From NCBI GenBank assembly GCA_964461235.1, contig CAYWUV010000025.1, forward strand, positions 3,901 to 67,900: a DNA stretch of 64,000 nucleotides, read 5' to 3'. Positions 35,932 to 44,272 of the stretch are shown here, in pieces (the stretch's first letter is position 1; every line of letters starts with the position of its first letter). This DNA comes from an uncultured Bryobacterales bacterium (GTDB lineage Bacteria > Acidobacteriota > Terriglobia > Bryobacterales > UBA6623). The notes below the pieces were generated by a model. The model was given only the letters and a program-made list of their open reading frames with translations, had not been told where the DNA came from and searched no databases. The position numbers were made by a program, and so were the translations under genes.

Positions 35932-36915
35932 ATGTCCGCAACCGCTACGGCGCTCGTTATCATCTCGCTCATGGCATCCGTATCCGCGGCTGCGGAGACT
36001 AATCGGTTCGAGCCTTCGCAGTACCACAACACGTTCTCGTTCGCCCACGAACCGGTCCTCTCGATCAAGCCGGGCGACCGCGTAATCACGAAAACCATCG
36101 ACGCACGCGGCTTTGATGCCGACAACGAGCAAGTTGGCGAGCGACCGAACCCCCAGACCGGCCCCTTCTTCGTGGAAGGGGCCGAGCCCGGCGACGTGCT
36201 TGTGGTGCGGTTCGAGAAGATCGAACCCAGCCGACCGACCGCCTGGTCGAGCAGCGTCCTGGCGCCATACACCGCCGATCCGGCCTACCTGCGCCACGAG
36301 GCCGAGCGGGAACAGACGACGGAGACTTGGGAGATCGACAAGGACCGCGGTGTGGCGAGAGTCGCCTCGGAGACGATCAAGCCGAGAGGGATCGAAGTGC
36401 CTCTCCGGCCGATGCTGGGATGCGTCGCGGTGGCGCCGGCGCGCAAGGAGGCCGTAGCAACGAGCACGCCGGGGGCCTTCGGCGGAAACATGGACTACAA
36501 CGGCGTGGTTGCCGGAGTCACGTTGATGCTACCGGTCTCCGAGCCGGGAGCCCTGCTCTTCGTTGGGGACGGACACGCCCGCCAAGGCGATGGAGAGGTC
36601 GTCGGGAATGCTCTCGAGGTCTCGATGGATGTCGAATTCACGGTCGACTTGATCAAGGAGGGAAAGATCGGGTGGCCGCGGCTGGAGACCGACGAATACA
36701 TCATGACGCTGGGCAGCGCACGACCCCTCCTGCAGGCCCTCCAGCACGCGACAACGGAACTCCAGCGCTGGCTGATGGCCGACTACGGCTTCGACGAGCG
36801 CGGCTCGTCCCTACTCTTCGGGCATGCGATGGAATATGACATCGCGAACGTAGTCGATCCGCATTTCACGGTTGTCGCCAAGATACGTAAAGACATGCTC
36901 CCCGACCGCCGGTAG
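35932..36915 (+). CDS. Acetamidase/formamidase (FmdA/AmdA) family protein, secreted
   Basis: Start proposed at the ATG at 35932 (signal-like MSATATALVIISLMASVSAAA). PVLSIKPGDRVITKT, NPQTGPFFVEGAEPGDVLVVRFEKIE, GGNMDYN, GDGHARQGDGEV. Confidence 0.8.
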   Translation: MSATATALVIISLMASVSAAAETNRFEPSQYHNTFSFAHEPVLSIKPGDRVITKTIDARGFDADNEQVGERPNPQTGPFFVEGAEPGDVLVVRFEKIEPSRPTAWSSSVLAPYTADPAYLRHEAEREQTTETWEIDKDRGVARVASETIKPRGIEVPLRPMLGCVAVAPARKEAVATSTPGAFGGNMDYNGVVAGVTLMLPVSEPGALLFVGDGHARQGDGEVVGNALEVSMDVEFTVDLIKEGKIGWPRLETDEYIMTLGSARPLLQALQHATTELQRWLMADYGFDERGSSLLFGHAMEYDIANVVDPHFTVVAKIRKDMLPDRR

Positions 36916-37145
36916 ACGCGAGCAATTGGGGATTGGTTGGAGACCGGAGAAGGCGGCCAGTTCCGTACACCACGCTGCGGGGGCAAACCGCAATCTTCAA
37001 GCGGACTGCTTGGCAATTGACGGAGATGGACTAGGCGGATGATGAGATCAGCCAGGCCCTAGGAGGCTCGGGGCACCTCCGCAGCCTCTACCAGATCGGT
37101 GGTCTGCTTCACGACCAGCCACGGCCATCGATGGCCCCGGGGAAC

Positions 37146-37175
37146 GATCTTGCTCCGCGGCTGAGGAGCAAGATC
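37146..37175. repeat. 11-bp perfect inverted repeat
   Basis: GATCTTGCTCC-gcggctga-GGAGCAAGATC in the 570-nt gap between the formamidase and TonB-receptor genes. Confidence 0.5.
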
Positions 37176-37486
37176 GAGGCTGACCACAACAGGCCGGGAG
37201 CTACTGGCGTCGTGAACCGTGGTCTCGGAATGCGGCCCATGAGGAGTGTCCGGTCGCGGCTCAAGCAATTTGGGATCAGGTCGAGCATCAAGGGTTCCAG
37301 GGCACCCGCTCGCCACGCCGCTGAATCAACCCTTGTCGCTGCGAGGACTCATCGGACACTGGATAAGCCGCGACGCAGGCAACGAAATCTCCAAAAACCG
37401 GGGTTGCACACATTGACGGGCAAGCAAAGCCGTGATACCAAGGGATCGGCACCGGGCGATTGACTATCGTAGGGTGACCGGCTTCG

Positions 37487-40400
37487 GTGCCGCTGAGGAA
37501 TTCCAGGATGACAACGAAAGCCATTTCCCGTCCACTGCTCTTGGCTTGCTGCTTGGCTGCGGCCGGCTCACTGGCTTGGGCTTCCACCATACAAGGCGTG
37601 GTCACCGACAGCAGCGGTGCACTGGTTCCGGGCGCGACCGTCTCGGTGACCAACTTGGCGACTGGTGTCTCCGCGGTCGTGTCAAGCAACGATGCGGGAC
37701 TGTATACCGTGCCGCTATTGCAGCCCGGAGAGTACAGCGTTGAATGCGAGTCGGACGGGTTCGCCCCTCAGGCTCGCCCACAGATGCGCCTGGAGGTCGA
37801 CCAAACGGCACGCGTGGACTTTGCGCTGAACGTCGGGACCGTGACCGAGGTCGTGCAAGTCTCTGCCGCGGCCCAGTTGCTGCAATCCGAAACGACGGAA
37901 ATGGGGCAGGTAATCGACAACACGAGGATCGTCGAGATGCCCCTGAACCTCAGGAACTACCTACAGCTTGGTCAGTTCACTGTTGGGGTCCTCCCGGCAA
38001 GGGCGGTCGGCAAGGGCAGCCGGCAGGGCCACGAAGGAGGCTTTCAGGCGATAGGCCTGAACCCTCTCCAGAACAATGTGCTCTTGGACGGGATGGACAA
38101 CTCCAGTCGCGGCGCAGGCGGTGGACTCAGCTACGAGGCGCAATCCGTGCAACCGTCCGTGGATGCCGTGTCAGAGTTCAAGGTCGTCACCAACAACACC
38201 TCGGCAGAGTACGGCTACAAGTCCGGGGCGAAGATTCTCGTCTCCACGAAGTCCGGCACGAACCAATTCCACGGATCGGCGTTCGAGTTCCTGCGCAATG
38301 ACAAGCTCGACGGGACCAATTTCTTCGCCAACCGAACCGGCCAGGGGAAACCCAGCTACCGGCAGAACCAATTCGGCGGAACGATCGGCGGTCCCATCGT
38401 CAGGAACCGAACGTTTTTCTTCGCAAGCTATCAGGGAACGCGGATTCGCCTTGGGAAGACATTCATTTCCAGCGTTCCGAGCACGGCCGCCGTCGCAGGT
38501 GACTTTTCCGAGCAGCCCGCGATCAGGAGGAATGTCTTCGATCCTCTAACAATCAGTGATGGCGTTCGGCAGCAGTTTCCGAACAATGTGGTTCCGGCCA
38601 GCCGTTTCGACCCCGTAAGCACGAACGTCGCCAATCTCTATCCCGCGCCTACGATCTCGGGGCGCGAGAACGCGCCGAACAACTTCTTGTACGGCCCCTC
38701 GGAAGAGAATGACACCGACCAACACGACTATCGCGTCGACCACAACATCACGGACAGGCACCGGTTCTTTGCGCGGGCTTCTTTCCGGGATCAGTTCCGT
38801 TTGGAACCTGGCCGCATGCCACTTCCAGCGGATGGCGCTTCGGGCCAGAACCGAGACATTATGGGGCGGAACTTCGTTGCCAACGTTGATTCGACAATGG
38901 CACCGACGATTCACAACAACTTCCGTTTCGGCTTTTCGAGGCTGCAATCGATCTTCAATCACCTCTTCACGGAGAACATGAACTCGCAACTCGGCATACT
39001 CAACGCTCCGGGAGATTCGTTCGACGACGGGCTGGATCAAGGGTATCCTCGATTTACCGTTAGCGGGTTCAACCAGCTAGGCCCCCGCCAGAACTGGCCC
39101 AATACCGGACGGCTGGACACATTCCTGTTCGGCAACACCGTGCTCTGGCAAAAGGGCCGGCACAGCATTCGATTCGGGGCCGAGTACAGGCACGTGGACC
39201 AGTTCCGCCAGGCGGAGCGATTCCGGCGAGGGTGGTTCCAGCACAATGGCGTGTACACGGCCGAGATGCCGAATAGCGGCGCGAGCCGAGGCCGTACCGG
39301 GAACGGGCTCGCGGACCTGCTTCTGGGCTGGGCGAGCAATCGGCGCTGGGGCAATCAGCAGGGCGAGAACGTCGTCGAGCGCTACATGGCCTTCTTCCTG
39401 CAGGACGATTTCAAAGTTACCAGCAACCTGACCCTCAACCTGGGCATGAGGTACGAGGTCTTCCGGGAACCGGTCTATCCGAATCCCGACACCCAGACAA
39501 GTGGTCGCTACCTGACTCCGGAGGTGAACGGGGTCGCAGCGTCCGAAGAGGGGATCGTCTTCCCCAGGGACGGACGCGACTGCGGTTGCGTGGAAGACCT
39601 TAACAACTTCGGCCCAAGGATCGGAGTCGCATACAAGATTAATGACAAGACTGTAATCCGCACGGGTGGGGGCGTTTACTTCGGTGGTTCGGACGCCATC
39701 GGAGAGCTTCGAGGACGCTTCTGGACCGGCCCGCCCAGGCACGTCGAGATACTCGCTCCCCAGCGCCGGACCACGACAGAGATCTTCGTCAAGGACGGGT
39801 TCCCCGATTTCGTGGTGACGGACGAGGTGCCTCGCGGCACGCGGGTCAAGACGACGCCGGACAAACAGCCGGTGCTTTACTCCGCTCAGTGGTTCTTGGA
39901 CATCCAACACAACCTGCCGGGAGACATGCTGCTGACGCTAGCGTACTTGGGGCAATCCGCTTCGCAGCTGGCGTATCAGAGAAACGTCAACAAACCAATC
40001 GAGCCTCATCCAACCACTCGCTGGCAGGCTCGGAGGATCCGCCCGTACTTCAATGACATGCTGCGAACAGACCCCGGAATCAACTCCAACTACAACGCAT
40101 TGACCGTAAAGGCCGAGAAGAGACTCAGTCAAGGGCTTACCTTGCTGAGCTCATTCACCTGGTCGCACAATATTGACTTCAGCCCGGAGCGATGGAGTAA
40201 CGAGAGTTCCAGTCTGGCGAGCGATCACAACGCCAGCCTCGAACGAGGTAACTCCGATCTCGACCGGCGCCTGGCCTACAACTTGAGCTGGCTGTACGAG
40301 ATTCCCCTGGGCCAAGGCCGCCGATGGATGAAATCCGGTCCTGGTTCCTGGATTCTTGGGAATTGGCAGGTCGGCGGCATCTTGGCGTTGCAAGGCGGGA

Positions 40401-40801
40401 TGTGGTCGGACCACAGGTTCAATGTCGACAATCAGAATCTCGGTGGTCGCGTGCGGGGCGACGCTGTTGCGAATCCGAATCTCCCGGCGGGACAGAGAAC
40501 AATCGATCGATGGTTCAACACCGAGAATTTCGTCACGGCCAGTGCGCCCGGTGTGATCAGCAATGCCGGACGCAATCTCATCCTAATGCCGACACGCACG
40601 AATTACGACTTCATACTGGCGAAGCAGATTCTGTTACCGGCCGAGGGGCAATCGCTTCAATTCCGGTTCGAATCGTTCAACTTCACGAACACACCGCAGT
40701 TCGGGCGCCCCAACACCAACATCGGCACGCCAGCAGCCGGACGGATCACCCAGGCTGACGAACCGAGGAGGATCCAGTTCGGCTTGCGGTATCTGTTCTA
40801 G
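37487..40801 (+). CDS. TonB-dependent receptor with N-terminal carboxypeptidase-regulatory-like domain
   Basis: 1104 aa. Signal peptide, STIQGVVTDSSGALVPGATVSVTN..AGLYTVPLLQPGEY (CarboxypepD_reg), plug and long barrel, C-terminal RRIQFGLRYLF. Start may be the ATG at 37508. Confidence 0.85.
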   Translation: MPLRNSRMTTKAISRPLLLACCLAAAGSLAWASTIQGVVTDSSGALVPGATVSVTNLATGVSAVVSSNDAGLYTVPLLQPGEYSVECESDGFAPQARPQMRLEVDQTARVDFALNVGTVTEVVQVSAAAQLLQSETTEMGQVIDNTRIVEMPLNLRNYLQLGQFTVGVLPARAVGKGSRQGHEGGFQAIGLNPLQNNVLLDGMDNSSRGAGGGLSYEAQSVQPSVDAVSEFKVVTNNTSAEYGYKSGAKILVSTKSGTNQFHGSAFEFLRNDKLDGTNFFANRTGQGKPSYRQNQFGGTIGGPIVRNRTFFFASYQGTRIRLGKTFISSVPSTAAVAGDFSEQPAIRRNVFDPLTISDGVRQQFPNNVVPASRFDPVSTNVANLYPAPTISGRENAPNNFLYGPSEENDTDQHDYRVDHNITDRHRFFARASFRDQFRLEPGRMPLPADGASGQNRDIMGRNFVANVDSTMAPTIHNNFRFGFSRLQSIFNHLFTENMNSQLGILNAPGDSFDDGLDQGYPRFTVSGFNQLGPRQNWPNTGRLDTFLFGNTVLWQKGRHSIRFGAEYRHVDQFRQAERFRRGWFQHNGVYTAEMPNSGASRGRTGNGLADLLLGWASNRRWGNQQGENVVERYMAFFLQDDFKVTSNLTLNLGMRYEVFREPVYPNPDTQTSGRYLTPEVNGVAASEEGIVFPRDGRDCGCVEDLNNFGPRIGVAYKINDKTVIRTGGGVYFGGSDAIGELRGRFWTGPPRHVEILAPQRRTTTEIFVKDGFPDFVVTDEVPRGTRVKTTPDKQPVLYSAQWFLDIQHNLPGDMLLTLAYLGQSASQLAYQRNVNKPIEPHPTTRWQARRIRPYFNDMLRTDPGINSNYNALTVKAEKRLSQGLTLLSSFTWSHNIDFSPERWSNESSSLASDHNASLERGNSDLDRRLAYNLSWLYEIPLGQGRRWMKSGPGSWILGNWQVGGILALQGGMWSDHRFNVDNQNLGGRVRGDAVANPNLPAGQRTIDRWFNTENFVTASAPGVISNAGRNLILMPTRTNYDFILAKQILLPAEGQSLQFRFESFNFTNTPQFGRPNTNIGTPAAGRITQADEPRRIQFGLRYLF

Positions 40802-41253
40802 GGTTTGCGCCAGTCAGGCAGCGATTCGCACGATCGCCTGTCGCACAGTTCGAGAAATGCGCCAGGGCCGGGGCTTGCAGCCGCTTTCCGGTCGCCTACG
40901 GCGAGCGAGAGGTATACAGCGGCGCCTCTGCTAGCCGAGCTTGCCAAAGCACGGAATGTTGGCGTCGCTCAAGTAGGGATGCGTGCACGAAAACGGTCAT
41001 TCACAGCAGGAACCGCTTGGGGCATCTGAACTATCCAAGCTGGATTCTCGGTCTGCGACCCCGACCGGTTTCCGCGGTGGAGGCGGGACGCATCGCGGTG
41101 GACTGACGAGGGTAGCCTTGCACGGAACGTGCGATTGCAGCCGAACTGTGTCTCGACTCACCGGCTTGACTCGCGACTGACCCGGCCCTGTACTGTACAA
41201 TCACCGACCTTCGTGATGGGGAATCTCGGAGCAACTGCCGTGCCGAAGCCTGT

Positions 41254-43149
41254 GTGTCGAAGTCAGACCTGCGGTCCACGGCTTGGTACGCACGCTTGGG
41301 GAGTCAGAGATTGACGGCGATTCTCGGTATCTCTGCCTTCTACCACGACTCTGCGGCGGCGCTCGTCGTTGACGGAGAGATCATCGCAGCGGCCCAGGAG
41401 GAGCGGTTTACCCGGAGAAAGCACGACCACCGTTTTCCAGCAGCGGCAGTCCGCTATTGCCTGCAGGAGGCAGGCGTCGGAATCGATCAAATCGACTACG
41501 TCGGCTTCTACGAGAAGCCGCTCCTGAAGTTCGACCGCTTACTTGAGACGTACTTGTCGTACGCCCCGCTGGGCTTTCGCTCGTTCCTGCACTTCGTACC
41601 CGTTTGGGCCAAGCAGAAGCTCCGAATCCCCCGAGAAATCGAAAAGGGGCTCGGCAGGAAGGGCAGACCACAGATCGTCTTCGTCGAGCACCATGAGTCC
41701 CACGCAGCCAGTGCGTTTTTCCCGAGCCCGTTCGAAGAGGCTGCGATCCTCACCATGGACGGCGTCGGAGAGTGGGCCACCGCCACGTTCGGCTCTGGAC
41801 GAGGTGAGAGGATCACGCTGACTCACGAGCTGCGTTTCCCGCACTCGCTCGGACTTCTCTACTCTGCGTTTACGTACTTTGCGGGATTCAAGGTCAATTC
41901 CGGGGAACACAAGCTCATGGGACTGGCGCCCTTCGGCAGGCCAGCTTACGCGGATCGCATCCTGGAGCACCTGATTGACTTGAAGCCGGACGGCTCGTTC
42001 CGTATGGACATGTCGTACTTCGAGTATTGCCACGGGCTCCGCATGACATCGGATCGGTTCCATGCGCTCTTTGGCGGGCCCCCGCGGAAGCCGGAATCCG
42101 CCATCACCCAGCGAGAAATGGACATCGCGGCTTCGGTTCAGGCAGTTACCGAGGAGGTGATGCTCCGAATGGCCCGCCATGTCCACCGCGAGACCGGTCT
42201 GAACAATCTGTGCCTCGCTGGCGGGGTCGCATTGAATTGTGTGGGAAACGGCCGCGTGCTGCGCGAGGGGCCGTACAAGAATCTGTGGGTCCAGCCGGCG
42301 GCGGGCGATGCGGGCGGAGCGCTTGGAGTCGCTCTGTTCATTTGGCACCAGCTTCTCGAGAATCGCCGAGTTGTTCGGAAGTCCGATGGGCAGCATGGGT
42401 CGCTTCTTGGTCCGCGAGCGGGCGAAGCAGGCATCCGGAACCTCCTTGACAAAGTCGGTGCCGTGTACGAGGAGTATCCCGACGACGGATCGCTGTGCGA
42501 TTCGGTGGCGGTCCTGCTCTCCCATCGACTGGTGGTGGGTTGGTTCCAAGGGCGCATGGAGTTCGGTCCTCGCGCCTTGGGCTCCAGGAGCATTCTTGCC
42601 GACCCCCGAGTCGGTGACATGCAGTCGGTATTGAATCGAAAGATCAAGCTCCGAGAATCGTTCAGACCGTTCGCGCCATCGGTGATCCGTGAGCGGGCGA
42701 GCGAGTATTTCAGCATGCAACCGGACGTGGAAAGTCCGTACATGCTGCTGGTAGCACCCGTGCGCGCCCGGCATCGGCTGGATACGAACGCAGAACGGAA
42801 CGATGGTTGCGGTCTCGAGGCGTTGGGATTCGTCAGATCGACTGTTCCCGCCGTGACCCATATCGACTACTCATCGCGCGTCCAGACGGTGGATACCGAA
42901 CGGCATGGAAGATATGCCCGACTGCTCCGTGCCTTCGAGGCGAGAACAGGGTGCCCGCTCATCGTCAACACCAGTTTCAACGTGCGTGGCGAGCCGATCG
43001 TTTGCACACCCGAGCAGGCCTATCGATGCTTCATCGCAACTGGAATGGACGTCTTGGTGCTTGAACGGTTCGTACTTCGGAAAGACAGTCAGCCGAACGC
43101 CACGGTCGCTGACCTGGAGTCCTATGTCGGTGGATTCGAACCGGACTGA
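41254..43149 (+). CDS. NodU/CmcH-family carbamoyltransferase
   Basis: ILGISAFYHDSAAALVVDGEIIAAAQEERFTRRKHD, HHESHAASAF, CLAGGVALNCV, VNTSFNVRGEPIV. The true start is more likely the TTG at 41311 (GGGAG upstream). Confidence 0.9.
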   Translation: MSKSDLRSTAWYARLGSQRLTAILGISAFYHDSAAALVVDGEIIAAAQEERFTRRKHDHRFPAAAVRYCLQEAGVGIDQIDYVGFYEKPLLKFDRLLETYLSYAPLGFRSFLHFVPVWAKQKLRIPREIEKGLGRKGRPQIVFVEHHESHAASAFFPSPFEEAAILTMDGVGEWATATFGSGRGERITLTHELRFPHSLGLLYSAFTYFAGFKVNSGEHKLMGLAPFGRPAYADRILEHLIDLKPDGSFRMDMSYFEYCHGLRMTSDRFHALFGGPPRKPESAITQREMDIAASVQAVTEEVMLRMARHVHRETGLNNLCLAGGVALNCVGNGRVLREGPYKNLWVQPAAGDAGGALGVALFIWHQLLENRRVVRKSDGQHGSLLGPRAGEAGIRNLLDKVGAVYEEYPDDGSLCDSVAVLLSHRLVVGWFQGRMEFGPRALGSRSILADPRVGDMQSVLNRKIKLRESFRPFAPSVIRERASEYFSMQPDVESPYMLLVAPVRARHRLDTNAERNDGCGLEALGFVRSTVPAVTHIDYSSRVQTVDTERHGRYARLLRAFEARTGCPLIVNTSFNVRGEPIVCTPEQAYRCFIATGMDVLVLERFVLRKDSQPNATVADLESYVGGFEPD

Positions 43150-43154
43150 GCGGT

Positions 43155-43571
43155 ATGGCTCTGATCGACCTCAATACCAAGCCTTCGGCGAGGGACCTTC
43201 GCTGGTTCGGTGCCCTCATGGCTGGCTTCTTCGCCCTGGCGGGACTTCTTGCACGATGGAAACTCGATTCTCAACCCGTAGCTGAAGCAATCTGGGTGAC
43301 AGGAATCGTGATCGTCGCCCTGTACACGGGGATTCCATCCCTAAGGAGATGGATCTACCTCGGGTGGCTCTATGCCGCGTTGCCGATCGGAACGGTGGTG
43401 TCGTACCTGCTGGTAGCGGGAGCCTACTTTCTCGTCTTGACACCGATTGGTCTCGTGATGCGAGTCTTTCGCCGGGACCCCTTGGAGCGATCACTCGACC
43501 GCTCGGCAGAAACGTACTGGATCAAGCGCCCAAAGTCTTCCGAGCCAGAGAGATACCTGAAGCAATACTGA
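43155..43571 (+). CDS. SxtJ-type small membrane protein
   Basis: 138 aa, three hydrophobic segments, starts 6 nt after the carbamoyltransferase stop. Composition and position match the SxtJ family that follows such carbamoyltransferases. Confidence 0.7.
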   Translation: MALIDLNTKPSARDLRWFGALMAGFFALAGLLARWKLDSQPVAEAIWVTGIVIVALYTGIPSLRRWIYLGWLYAALPIGTVVSYLLVAGAYFLVLTPIGLVMRVFRRDPLERSLDRSAETYWIKRPKSSEPERYLKQY

Positions 43572-43761
43572 GGCGACTCGGCAAGATCCTGGTTTCGTGA
43601 TCGCAGGACCGCTTGGCCCCTGCTTGAACCGGGCACTCGGCCCGCGGGCATCGTTCCCGGCCTCCCGGTCACCGCCATTTCAGCGCGCTGGTCAGTCCGA
43701 ATCGTTCTGGCGAATGCACGATCCAAGAGGGTGGCAACGCGTCAAGTTGGACGAGCCTTCG

Positions 43762-43971
43762 TCAGAAAAGCGTGTAGATGAAGGGTGCTACAGCAGTGCT
43801 AGACAGCAGAACCAATCCACTCAGTACAAGCAGCACTGCGAGGATCGGAATCAGCCACCATTTCTTGTTGCTGACAACGAATTCGATGAGTTCAGCCACC
43901 AGTCCCGGCCGGCGGGAGGCCGCCTGCTTTTCGAATCGATTACGACGTTGATCCAGCATTCTGGCGGCCAC
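43762..43971 (-). CDS. DUF5989-family small membrane protein
   Basis: 69 aa. LIEFVVSNKKWWLIPILAVLLVLSGLVLLSSTAVAPFIYTLF is the DUF5989 signature. Confidence 0.75.
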   Translation of the reverse strand: MAARMLDQRRNRFEKQAASRRPGLVAELIEFVVSNKKWWLIPILAVLLVLSGLVLLSSTAVAPFIYTLF

Positions 43972-44272
43972 GTCTCGTTCGAAGCGCCAGCCGAGTTGTC
44001 GACGAACGACGATCGGCGCTTTCCGATCGCTTCAAGTCACGTCCCTGACCGTTGATCGTATCAGCGACCGGCACTTGTCTGAACCTCTGTTGCAGGAGAG
44101 CGACCGGGACATGGCCAGGAACAGACGGAGGGTGCCTTGCATGCCGCCATCCGATCAAGACTCCGAGCAATGAGTTCCGAGGGCCCTCCCGAAGGGTCGC
44201 TTCGGCCGAGTGGACGACGTTGTGCCGACTCTTGTTGGTCCGACCAGGGACTCGGTCGTGGCCCGGCAACGT

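Noticed and set aside
36916-37486. Small ORFs (85-133 aa) on both strands in the gap upstream of the TonB-dependent receptor.
   Set aside because: No recognisable domains, mutually overlapping, atypical composition. Only the 11-bp inverted repeat is reported.
41166-41206. Promoter-like TTGACT ... TGTACAAT upstream of the carbamoyltransferase gene.
   Set aside because: The spacing between the hexamers is about 24 nt (versus 17 +/- 1). Promoter consensus for this lineage is uncertain, so I do not report it as a feature.
41539-42861. 440-aa minus-strand ORF (and similar long antisense ORFs at 458-1138, 1116-1814, 39077-39910, 52726-54030, 55689-56822).
   Set aside because: They lie entirely antisense to genes with strong family signatures and have Arg/Pro/Gly-rich low-complexity composition with no recognisable motifs. 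Such stop-free antisense frames are the expected by-product of a high-GC genome.
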